DNA of 64,000 nt from Octopus sinensis (lineage: Eukaryota), in assembly GCF_006345805.1 (NCBI RefSeq), contig NC_042998.1, positions 122,140,001 through 122,204,000 of the forward strand. The letters are read 5' to 3'. The position numbers and the translations under genes are program-made. Below are positions 52,670 through 64,000 of this stretch, piece after piece (position 1 is the first letter of the stretch; every line of letters begins with the position of its first letter). Below the pieces are notes generated by a model. It was not told where the DNA came from, ran no database searches, and saw nothing but the letters and a program-made list of their open reading frames with translations.

Positions 52670-54345
52670 TTAAGATCTAGTCAACTATGATTCATCTATT
52701 ACAACAACTAACTTCATATCAACTAAAGAAATTGACATTAACATGGAAGAATGGACAACAGATTTGATTATCTTTGATTTTTATTTTTTAGAAAATTCTA
52801 TAACATTAAATACATTGTTAATTATTTAAAAAAAAATTTAATAATTTTATGAGCTATTTTTAAAGAATATGAAAGAGTGCTATAGTATTATGTCAAAAAC
52901 TGAAATGTAAATTTCACAGCACTCCAAAATATTGCAAACCACACCAAAATTGAAGATGTATTTCATATTGATAATTAGATTTGACGCCTATCCTTCAATG
53001 TAAGGGTGATGAATAGATAGAAATGGTTACTTGATACTTTATAACTTTCAGCTTTGTTTCTGTAATGTTCTGAGTTCAAACTCAACTACAGTTTTGTATT
53101 TTATTTCTTCAATCACAATATGTTACTAGTATGTTTTTATTAGTTCTGGAAAATATTAAGACTGAGTTTAATTGATTAATTTCTTTATCAAAATTACCTT
53201 ACTAGTTATATGCAAAGATAATATTTCCATAAAACAGAACTAATTCTAGCACACTGAATGATGGAAGATATTTTAGAAATGTGCAACACGAGTTATTTCG
53301 AAGTGATCAACTTATAAATACTAGTGATAGTCTTACAAACCTTTATCACTCTAGAAACAACGTATTTCAAATGAACCAACAAATAGATCTCTATGTTGTT
53401 GTTCTACCTGTTGGAAATAGTAACAAAATATTCCTCAAATCATACTGTATTGTCTTAAATAAAGGAGATACAGAAATATAGAACAAGGGACACAAAAAGA
53501 TGGGATGTTCATGGCTAGAACATGTTTGACTATATGTCAATTCAATCAGTGATAATCTAGGGACAAAACATTACCACTACCAACAGCAACAACAGAAGAA
53601 ATTTATTTAACTCTCTAGAATTCAAGTAACTCTGTCTAGTGTAATGTTTATTTATTCACATTGTGTTGAATTAATCATATATTATCTTGTAGCTTTGAGA
53701 TTTTGATGAGGTAACTGCTAAATATTTAGAATGACATTGTAGGGTAGGTGTGAGAAGAGAGTTTCAACATAAAAGGTTGAAGATTTGGGCCGAATATAAC
53801 TGGTTTAAATAACAAACCCTGTAATTAATTAGTTTAATTACCATGAATATAAAACATGTAATTAATTACCATATACATTTGTCTACAGTAGTTTATGATT
53901 ATATCTTTTCAGAATTGTAACTCCACAAAATATTTGTAGCATTGAGAAAGGAAGAGAGACATTCAGCCAAATCAACTTTAATAAATAATGAGTAAATTCT
54001 AATCTGCACAGTATTCTTACAAAAGCGCAATGTTTTGTAGAGAAGGGGAGTGGTGTAGACAATCAAAGCAATTTAATAGATTATTATATTTGATCATACT
54101 TTAAGAATGATGAAAGGTAAGAGCAGGATTTGAATTCTGGATCCAGAGACAGAAATCATATTGTGTATTAAACTGAGTAATGGTAATCTATTCCACAGAA
54201 GTCCAAATACATACAAACTGATTTCCAACATGAATACAATAAGAGGAATGGAATAAAATTAATCAAATCTAGAAAAATTCATTTGTTTAACATCCATTTA
54301 ACATGGATTGCATGGGGATGGATTTGAAGAAGGATTTTATGGCTC

Positions 54346-54386
<41 letters not shown>

Positions 54387-54692
54387 ACGTGAATATTGGC
54401 ATCCCATACCTTTGCTTGAGTGAAAAAATGACATGCTGACATTCCTTGATGACATTATGGCCAGTTGCTATTCCCTTTCAAAAAACAAAGGACTTCACAA
54501 CAGCCCCATTGCATGCCACCTTGGATAAGTGCCTTCTACTGTAGTCCCAAACCAACCAAAGCCTTGTGAGTGAATATGACAGGCAAAAAAACTAAGGGTG
54601 GCACATTGTATACGTGTGTGCACATGTGTGTGTGTGTGTGATATATAAGTGATTTTAGACAGATGAGAATATGATGAATCTTAATATGATTC

Positions 54693-54727
<35 letters not shown>

Positions 54728-54783
54728 TAAATTCATACATGTATATATAAATACATACATGTATACATATAAACATTATATAT

Positions 54784-54815
<32 letters not shown>

Positions 54816-54819
54816 ATAT

Positions 54820-54867
<48 letters not shown>

Positions 54868-55612
54868 CATACACACACCTATATGTATGCAAGCATTAGT
54901 GATGTAGATGGTCAAGCTACTGCTTGATATACTGCCAATGTGTTGTGTTGTACTCTTTGAACAAGATACTTAACTCTTGATGATATTTGGTACAAGTGGT
55001 TTGTTGCTGCAAGCAAAGGCAGTATTGCACAATTACAGTGTGCTTTGTTCAATTCATTCTATAGGTATAGCCAGAAGCAGAAGAGATGTTGGTTCTCTTC
55101 ACTCTTACCTATATATACCCAAGTGTAACAATAGCATTAACTATAATTTCAATCAACTTAGACATGAGAGCGAAAGAAGTTTCTCTCCCCTATTCTCTCT
55201 CTCTTATGCACACAAGCACACAAATATTTGAAACTAAGTCCTGCATTGCACTTCTCCTGATCAAGGCCTGACCTCAGATCAACAGGCTAAAACCTCAGGA
55301 TTATATTCATCTCGCTTTTCTTCTTCTCCTTCTATCAATTAGTCACTATTATGTAACTCAGTTGTATGATCAGTCTATCATGAGACCTCAAATATTCATT
55401 ATTGAAACATTTTCTACTTCTTTTCCAATAAATTATTGAATGTGTTCCCACCAATAGTAGTATGAAACCATTATGAGATGAAGACATTTCACATCTGTCC
55501 ATATATAGGTACACAAAACACATATCTTATATAAACAGACACAAACTAAACATTCAAACATATAAGTATGCGAAGATATACATGCATATATATACATACA
55601 CATCTTTCTCTT

Positions 55613-55653
<41 letters not shown>

Positions 55654-56619
55654 ACAGTTATACAAAGATATAAAGTTATATTATCACATAAAAACACAGC
55701 TAAAAACATGCTCAAACATACCAAAACATATCCAAATACACACATATACATATTTACCAAGACAAAACTAAACATTCATGTAGTTATACATACACATATA
55801 TACATGAACATATTCCAGTAGACATCTATGTACATACACAGAATGTGTCACCATTGGTTGTTCTGTTCTTTGTTCTCTAGGAGAACCAGCAATAAATTCT
55901 GTTCCTCCAAAATATGTAAGCCATAAAACCAGATCTTCCAAATAACAGATCATTCTTCATTTTCTCTTTGAAGCCAACCTCAAGCTTTGTAATATAAGTA
56001 TTAGAATGTTTGGCCATACAGCAACTACACTTCACCACAGAATATTCTAAGTTAGAAATAAAATAGTGAAAGGGTCAAAATATTGAACAAAATATTTTAC
56101 GGAGCTTAAAGTTAAAGGTACAGCAAGCACTTTGTTGTGGCGTTGGGTAGGAACAAGACACAAAAAGTTTGCATACTACAGTCAACAAGGTTATCTGCCA
56201 GGAAGTTCTGTAATTTTGAACTGTTTGCACCTGCATACTGTGATATAACCACAGAATAAATATTGGTTACCTAGGTGATCTAATGTGGGGAATTTTACTT
56301 GCTAACAGACTGATGGGTGATGAAGGGAGAAGTTGCTTGGTTATCTATTCAGTACTGTGAAGTGCAAGCAGTGTTTTAACATTTAAACATTCACACTCAC
56401 ACACCACCACCACCACTGCTACTGCCACCACCACCACCACCATCGTTGTCATCATCATCATCATCAATTAATGTCCAGCTTCCATGCTGGCATTAGTTGA
56501 TGTGTCATGCACCAATATCTATATTGGCATAGTTTTTATGGATAGATGCTGTCCAAACAAAAACCACTTTACACAGAAAAAAGCACCATCTGAATGTGGT
56601 TGTTACCAGAACCCTTGCT

Positions 56620-56815
56620 CCTGTGCTGGTGGCACGTAAAAAACCACCCACTACACTCTCGGAGTGGTTGGTGTTAGGAAGGGCATCTAGCTGTAGAAAC
56701 ACTGCTAGATCAGACTGGAGCCTGGTGCAGCCTCCTGGCTTCCCAGACCCTAGTCGAATTGTTCAACCCATGCCAGCATGGAAAATGGTATTAAACGATG
56801 ATGATGATGATAATG
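56620..56815 (+). mobile_element. RTE LINE 3' tail fragment
   Basis: Colinear with 35400-35598; (GAT)n tail. Confidence 0.8.
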
Positions 56816-56974
56816 ATACATACACATATATATGTATGTGTGTATGTATGTATGTACAAATACATAAATATGCACATACATACATATGTATAACATACAT
56901 AGATATCAATATACATAAACTTATACAAATGTATATAAACATAAAAATTGCATCATATGGAGTAACACTGTAAA

Positions 56975-57640
56975 CAATGTGTCGTTTGTTCACAGACAGA
57001 AGAAGATAGATGTCACATGTAGCAGATACGCAGGTGCAGTAAGCACTAAGATCACCATTAAATTTAATTCTCTCAAATACCTGGACCACTCACTAGAAGT
57101 AGTTGAAAGCTTTCGTTACCTAGGTGATCTAATTAACTATGAGGACAGGTGTTCTAAAAGAGAAGTAGCCAGAGTAAATATGTGTTGGAAAAATTTCAGG
57201 GTGATAGATATTACCTCTGTTGGTGACAAGGTTTCTTTCTTAGGGTGAAGGGAAGATTGCAGGATACTTATGTATGAAGAACTATATTGTATGGTAGAGA
57301 GATGTGAACCATAAATGCTAAGAATTTGTGAAGACTAGAAAGAAATGAAGTGAGCATTATCTGCAGCATATATAATATGAGTGTACATAAATGAACTTCA
57401 TTAGGGATCAGATCATGTGTGTAGGAGATAAGATTGTTGGAATGGGCATGTCAAGTGTATGATGGACAATAGCTGTTTAAAGTTAGTGCATGACCCTGCA
57501 AATGAGATGGAGGAAATGGTGAAGACCAGCCTCACAAATGAGATGGAGGAAATGGTGAAGACCAGCCACACATGACTGGGCCTCACAAAGATCATGAAGG
57601 ACTGATATTTGGTGACAAACAGTGTTGTATAATGCCCTTC
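56975..57640 (+). mobile_element. Degraded RTE LINE post-RT region
   Basis: LEVVESFRYLGDLI..ARVNMCWKNFR, then RVKGRL, LYGREM and WNGHV remnants; internal 36-bp tandem duplication at ~57499-57567. Confidence 0.8.
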
Positions 57641-58870
57641 CAATTGCGCAAACCAGGGTTAATAAATGTTGAATAATGTTAGTTTATGGGACCAAAGAAA
57701 TAAATAATTTCCTGCCTAACACCCCTATTAACCTTTCATCTACTGCTCTTTCCACTTTTCTGATACTTTCTCATTTCTCTTTCATTTATCTCTTCATCAT
57801 TCATCTCTTTCTATCTTTATTATTCATCTCTATTACTCTTCTCTCATTTGCTCACATTCTTTCTACTAATTTGCTCTCCTATTCACATTACTATACTACC
57901 TGCATACCAAATGATAGCAGTAGATCTCTTCCATTCTGTGCATCATGTTGCCCATTTAACAAGCAATCACAAAATTTATTCTACCCTCTCAATCTCTGGC
58001 GTTCATTCTTTCTCCTATGTGCTCCACCATCCTGCTATTGTGAAGTGGTATTGGACTGGTGTGTATCTACTGCCATTCTTATCACTTGTACCTTTCCTGC
58101 CAAACAAGACATCTATGTAATAGGAATGGCATCAAATCTGTTCTTAGCCAATACACTCTATCACATATTCCATGCTGCCCACCATTACTCTCCCTCTTTT
58201 TGGCCATTCATTATTGACACACTCTCTTACCATCAACTGTCTCTACCATCTGTAACTTAATCTCTCTTGTAGCAGTAACCATGTAGCTGCTACCATTGCT
58301 TCTCTTCTACTACTCCTCATAGCACTGTCATCACTTTTTCACAACTCTCTCATTTACCTTCCTTTTGCCTCAATCACTCTGTTTCAACTATCAAACTCAT
58401 GCTTCCCTCACCTATGAATTGAAGTCCTGTCATCAATCTTCTTTTGATCCTTTTGGTTATACATCTTAGAACAAATAGTGACACCATAAGGAAGTACAAA
58501 CTTTTTACACTCGCAGATTACAAGACAACCTCACTAGTACTGTTGCCACAATAAAATGCACCTCTATAAAATGGATGGAAAGCAAACAGAGACAACATAG
58601 AGACAGAATGATTCTTTAGTCTAGCCAATAGCATAAAAATACACTTTCACCATCATCTAAATTCTTATTTGGAATTACTTCCTTCTTAGAAGGATTAGAG
58701 AGTTTTGTCATGCTTGTACTTTTCATTCCAGTATAGTTATTTCAGCATGATACTTTTCATAACATCAGTCACTTCACTGATCATATTTGGTGCTTTTATC
58801 ATGGCACCATCATTAAAAAGGTTTTTATGTTATTGGCTAGACTAAAGAGTCATCTGTCTATAATGGGAGA

Positions 58871-58985
58871 TGGCTCTGACGAAAGTAGCATTAATTTTTT
58901 AGGTTGTTCAACTTTTCTCAACTGATCAATTGGGAAACCTCTCAGTAATGAACCCATAATGATTACTGGAAACAGCTGTAAGCCA
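58871..58985 (+). ncRNA. Type I hammerhead-like motif with long stem II/loop II
   Basis: Stem I tggct/agcca, CTGACGA, agtag...ttact, GAAA, palindromic acagctgt, GTA triplet. Confidence 0.55.
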
Positions 58986-59052
58986 AATTGAGCCCAATAA
59001 AGGTAACATATGTAATGACCATTATTTATACCTTGTCATATATATATATATA

Positions 59053-61560
59053 GGAAGAATTTATAAGAAAACAAAAGACGAAGACAGGTGGTGTAGACAA
59101 CAAACAGATGTATTAGTATAATGCTTGGGAAGTGAAAAAGTCTTTAAAGTTTCGAGTCTACGCTCTTCCACAGAAAGGAACACAGAAAGAAACAAAGAGA
59201 GAAAATAAAGAATGTGTAGTGCCTAGCGAGCTATCATGGCGAAGGCCGGACAGAAGGGTCACACAGGAGAGAAGAGGAGACAACAAAGTGGTGGTGATCC
59301 CAAAACGAAGGTGCACATGCATGTGTATAAGAGAGTTTGTATGTGTGTATAGAAGAGGGCTGGTGATCTTGACGTGTGTGTGTATGTGTAAGTGTGAAAA
59401 TGTGGGTCTGGGAGTGGTCAATGCTGATGTGTGCATGGTGTTGTGTTGTGATGTGATGTGTTGTGTGGTATGGTGGTGTAAGGTGTAGTGATGTGTGGTG
59501 TGATGGTGTTGGGAGGTAGGGTAGGCGGGAGTGGAGAAAGCAAGGGTAGGGTGTGGGTTGAGCTGAGGGTGGGAGTAGAGGTGGGGTGAGGGTAGGCAGA
59601 GAGTGTGGGTAAAGGTGGGGGTATGTGGGAGTGGGTGAAAGGGGTAGGGTGGTGTGGGATGGAGAAGTATAGGGAAGGTGGGGTTGAAATGTGTAGGGGT
59701 GGACTTACAAGGGAGGGGTGATGATGAAGGGAGGAAGGAGGTGGGTAGGAGTGAAGAGAAGAAGTAGGAGTTGGAGCAAGAGAGGAGGTGTGGGAGGGAG
59801 GATGTAGGTGTGAGGGTGAGAGAGGGGAGGGGAGGAGGCTAGATAAAGAGGGTAGGAGAGTTGAGCCCATGTAGTGCAAAGGAGCGAAGAGAGAAAATTA
59901 ATCCCTGTTCATGGTGCAAACGGGAGTCTGGATGGCCCCTGTGCAAGGAGTGACCAGTAGAGCGGAAATGGTGCGAGACTGGGGTGTCATTGCTGAGTTG
60001 GATGTCTTGGAGGTGTTCCGTGAACCGGTCAGCCAAGCAGTGTCCCGTTTGCCCGATGTATAGAGAATGGCAGAGAGAGGAGGAGATGCAGTAGATAATA
60101 TTGGTAGAAGTGCAGGTGAAGGCGTCGGTGATGTGATAGGGTTGATCATGGGTGCCAATGAGGAGGGTGGTGTTGGAGAGGCAAGGGCAAGTGCAGGGGA
60201 ACGGTCCGGGTTGGGAGGTTGGGTTAGGGAAGAAGCTGTGGACCAAGAGGTCTCATAGGTTGTGGGCTCGTTTGAAGGATGAGTTGGACTGGAGTCACCA
60301 GAAGGCTTGGAGAATGGTGCGTTGGATAGGTAGGGTAGTGGGGTGAGGGGAAATGGGAGGTGGGAGATTGTGGGGTGGGTTCGGGGGGAGAGGGCAGATG
60401 CATGGTCCATGGAACGTGCTCTGGCAAGGGTGGTGTAGATAGTGGTGAGGGGATATCCACGTAGGAGGAAGTGGCGAGCCGTGAGTTAAGACTGAGTCTC
60501 AAAGTTATGGTCGTCACTACAGAGCCTGCATAGACGGAGGAATTGGGAATAGGGGATGGAAAGCATGGTGTGTTTATGGAGTCTGTGTGTTTGTAGTGGA
60601 TGGAGGTGGTGAGAGTGGAGTGATGAATGTTGACTGAAATGTCAAGAAAGGAGACAGAGGTGTCAGAGATAGAGCAGGAGAAGTGGAGGGCAGGATGGAA
60701 AGATTTGACAAAAGAGAGGAAGGAGTCTTGATGTTCGCAGGAGAGTGAGGTTGCACTGATACAGTCGTCAACATAATGGCCGCATAGTTCGGGAGTGGGA
60801 CCAGTGAAACTTGAGAATATTTGGGCCATAGTTGGAGCCCATTCTTGTTCCCATGGCCACTCCTGAGACCTGCTGGTAGAAATCACCCGTGAACGAGAGG
60901 CAGTTGAGTGAGAGGACAAGTTAGGCCAGACGAACGAGTGTGGATGTGTCAGGTTGGGGGTAGGGTCGAAGGTCAAGGAAATGAAGTGCACACAGCCCAT
61001 CCTGATGAGGGATCACATTGTAAAAGCTCTGAATGTTGAGGGTGAAGAGAAGTTTAAAGGGGCCGGGAGGGAAAGAAAGAGTTGAACAAACAAAGTGCGT
61101 GATTGGTGTCATGGATGTGAGAGGGGAGGGAAGCCACTAGTGGGGGCAAGAACATGGTCAAGATATCTGGAGATGAGTTCGGTTGGGCAGTTGCAGGCAG
61201 AGATGATGGGGTGGCCAGGGTTGTTAGGTTTGTGGATTTTGGGGAGGAAGTAAATGGTGGGGGTGCAAGGGGTGCGGAAAATGAGGTTGGAGGTGAGGTG
61301 AGATGGGAGAAGAGATGAGGTCATGGATAATGGAGGTCACAGTCTGTTGGTCGCTGGGCATGGGGTCAGAGGGCAAAGGGCAGTAGAAGGAGGTGTCTTG
61401 AAGTTGGCAGAGAGCTTCGGCCTTGTAGAGGTCCGCATGCCACACCACTACAGCTCAACCCTTGTCGGCCGGTGTTATGACAATGTCAGTGCAGCGGCGG
61501 AGACACCGAAGGGCCGAGAGTTTGGCTGGGGAGATGCTTAGATGACAGGGATGCCTTGAC
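59053..61560 (-). mobile_element. Penelope-like retroelement (RT + GIY-YIG), 5'-truncated and frameshifted
   Basis: VITPADKG, YFLPKIHKPNNPGHPIISAC, SFYNVIPHQDG, GVAMGTRMG, YVDD, VSFLDISV, FTCTSTNIIYCISSSLCHSLYIGQTG..LADRFTEH; C-rich 3' UTR and a terminal repeat with a hammerhead-like variant at ~59140-59178. Confidence 0.93.
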
Positions 61561-61589
61561 AGGCAAGTGTAGAAGCTTATAGGTATATA

Positions 61590-61822
61590 CAGGGTTGGCC
61601 AAAAGTCACCCGACAGTAAATCAAAATTCCATAAAAACTATCTGAAATTCTGTATTGACTCGAATGGAAAAATATGTCACTGAAGAAGGTCTTCAGTTTG
61701 AACAATTTTCATGATATTTCATATTTAGATGCTTCTATTAAATTCATTCAGTTGTTAAACATACATAAATCTCAGAATTAAATGGTTTTGATTTACTGTT
61801 AGGTGACTTTTGGCCAACCCAG
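61590..61822 (+). mobile_element. Tc1/mariner-superfamily MITE
   Basis: TA-flanked 37-bp TIRs cagggttggccaaaagtcacccgacagtaaatcaaaa (3 mismatches); internal RMEKYVTEEGLQFEQFS* resembles a transposase C-terminus. Confidence 0.88.
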
Positions 61823-61829
61823 TATGTAA

Positions 61830-62250
61830 AAGTGGACTGGTTGCAAAGAAGTTCAGCTCTCAACTCTCTAGTTTTGAGCTCAATCCCACTATGTGATATA
61901 TTAAGCAAGCATTTTCTACTATAGCTGCAGGCTGACAAAAGCCTTGTGAGTGGATTTAGTTGATGGAAACTGAAAGAAGTGCATTGCATATTTGTGTATA
62001 TACCTACGTGTGTGTGTGTGTGTGCGTGTTTTTCTTTGTTTTGACATTGCATGATAACTGTTAAAAAACACATCACCATCATACAAACCATGTCATTTGT
62101 TTATAATCTTCTGCGGAAAACATGTCAACTGTTATGCTCTTCATGTTTGAAGGATTAGGGAAGAAGGTGAGGGCATCTAGCTATAGAAAATCTCCACCAA
62201 GGAACTTCATCTGACCCATTCATACAGAAAAGTGGATAATAAAATCAATG
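61830..62250 (+). mobile_element. SINE family A, degenerate, with alternative 3' part
   Basis: ttttctactatagc...aaagccttgtgagtggattt...ggaaactgaaagaag; a further partial copy lies at 62452-62532. Confidence 0.65.
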
Positions 62251-62563
62251 CTGATGAGGTGATACTAATACCCAGTTGTTAGAAGCCAATATACATCTGC
62301 TTCAGAGTAAAGCATTGAGTACAGAACATTATGTCAATTTATGGATGGCAAGGAAACAGGAATCACATTATCAGCTTACATTTGTTTCTGCAATAAGAAG
62401 TGAGCTTGAGAGCTTGTGCAACATTTTATAGCTTCCTCACAGTCATTACAACAAAGTGTCTCCTACTATAGCTGCAGGGTAACCAAAACCATGAGAGTGG
62501 ATTTGGTTGATGGAAACTGAGAGAAGCCCATTGAATATACGTGCATACAAAAACATATATATA

Positions 62564-62595
<32 letters not shown>

Positions 62596-64000
62596 GTATT
62601 AATATTGTGGCTCAGAATCACATTACTTAAAGTTTTATATGAGTGAGAAAAACCCTTCTCATATTTCAGATGCTTTTCCTTAATATGCAATATATATACA
62701 CATATACACAAATGTATTCACATCTATATGTATGTACATATGAATACACACACACACACACACATACATATATATGCAGGTACCTGACCAATTTCCTGGC
62801 ATTCTTGATTCCAAAGCCTTGACAGATTAACCACTTTGCTGGACTATTTATGTTTACATAATAATTCGTTAACACACCAAAACAGACGTGGAGCCCGGGC
62901 AACTCTTCAACTGGTCAGCTCCTATCAAACTGTCTAACACATGCCAGCATGGAAAATGGACGCTAAATGATGATGAAGGTGATGATGCTACTCACCTACT
63001 AATTATACACCTCGTATATGTCTAAAGTACCATGAACAGTCCTACTTTATCTTTGGTTGATATGGATAGGTGTTTATGCTTGACAGTCCCTCTGATAGCC
63101 ATAGCTATAGTTTAGGGGGTAATTTTAAGCAAAATCAGCAGAGGATCTCTTAAACTTTTCGTATCAGCACTAACAAGTGCAATGTAAATAACATGTATAA
63201 ACACACTGTACACACAATGCCACCTGTGGCTGCACAGTGAATTAGACTTGCAGCTACAGGGTATTTTGAATTACCCTCCTAATTTATCCAGATTAAAGGA
63301 GGTTCTGGACCATTGGTTGTCAGAAAAACACACATATATATAATTCTCTTTTGGAACAATGAAACTCAAAGTAGATAAAGCTATAAATAGTATACACATA
63401 CATACACATGTATCTAATCATCATCATCATCATCATCCCCATCATGGTTTTCATGTCCATTTTTCCATGAATTGCTTAGATGATAACTGATGAGGTAGAT
63501 TCTTCTAAGCTGTATGCTTTTCCTGTCGTCAAACTTTAACTGTTTTTAAGCAAAGTAATATTTATACTAGACTATTGAACAATGAACAATCAGGACATGG
63601 TTTTGCAGAGGATTATGAACAAATACAACTATTTGTATGAATAGTGACTTCTTGTTTACAATCAGTGTACAAAAGTATGATAAGAATGCTTTCTCTCTCT
63701 CATACAAGGAGTCTGTGTGTGTGTGTGTGTAGTGTGTGCATACATGCGCAACAGGGTTCTTCCAGTTTCTGTCAACTAAATTTCATTCACACAGTACCAA
63801 TCAACCTGTTGCTATAGTACAAGATAACAGACGACAGGATCTATTCAGTAGGACTCTGTTGGTCAGTGTCCACACACACACACACGTTTGTATATGTACA
63901 TATGTGTATGTGTTTATATACTTACAGACATTTATACGAGAGTATAAATGTGTTCATAGGCAAGAGAAATTCTAGCCTTACATGGACAAAATGTTTTAAG

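Noticed and set aside
57676-58260. 194-aa ORF
   Set aside because: Pyrimidine-rich low-complexity sequence with no recognisable domain; next to a decayed LINE.

Overview
AT-rich, microsatellite-dense animal genomic DNA. The repeat families (tRNA-derived SINEs, RTE LINEs with (GAT)n tails, Penelope elements, mariners) suggest a cephalopod such as Octopus; this is inference from repeat content. No recognisable intact host protein-coding gene was found, so the window reads as a very large intron or intergenic space, and most listed ORFs are microsatellite read-through. Well-supported content: two decayed mariners (one split by an RTE insertion with a 7-bp target duplication), a frameshifted Penelope-like element (RT + GIY-YIG), several RTE fragments, many SINEs, mariner/Tc1 and piggyBac-type MITEs, a non-autonomous Helitron, several long foldback palindromes and minisatellites. 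Best leads: hammerhead ribozymes, two with intact catalytic cores (47337 minimal; 58871 with a very long stem II/loop II); frame-preserving plus-strand microexon candidates (27, 21 and 18 nt) and a recursive-splice-like site that hint at a hidden host gene; and near-perfect hairpins that could be RNA-editing or miRNA substrates. None of these establishes a new biological system from sequence alone. Boundaries of decayed repeats are approximate.
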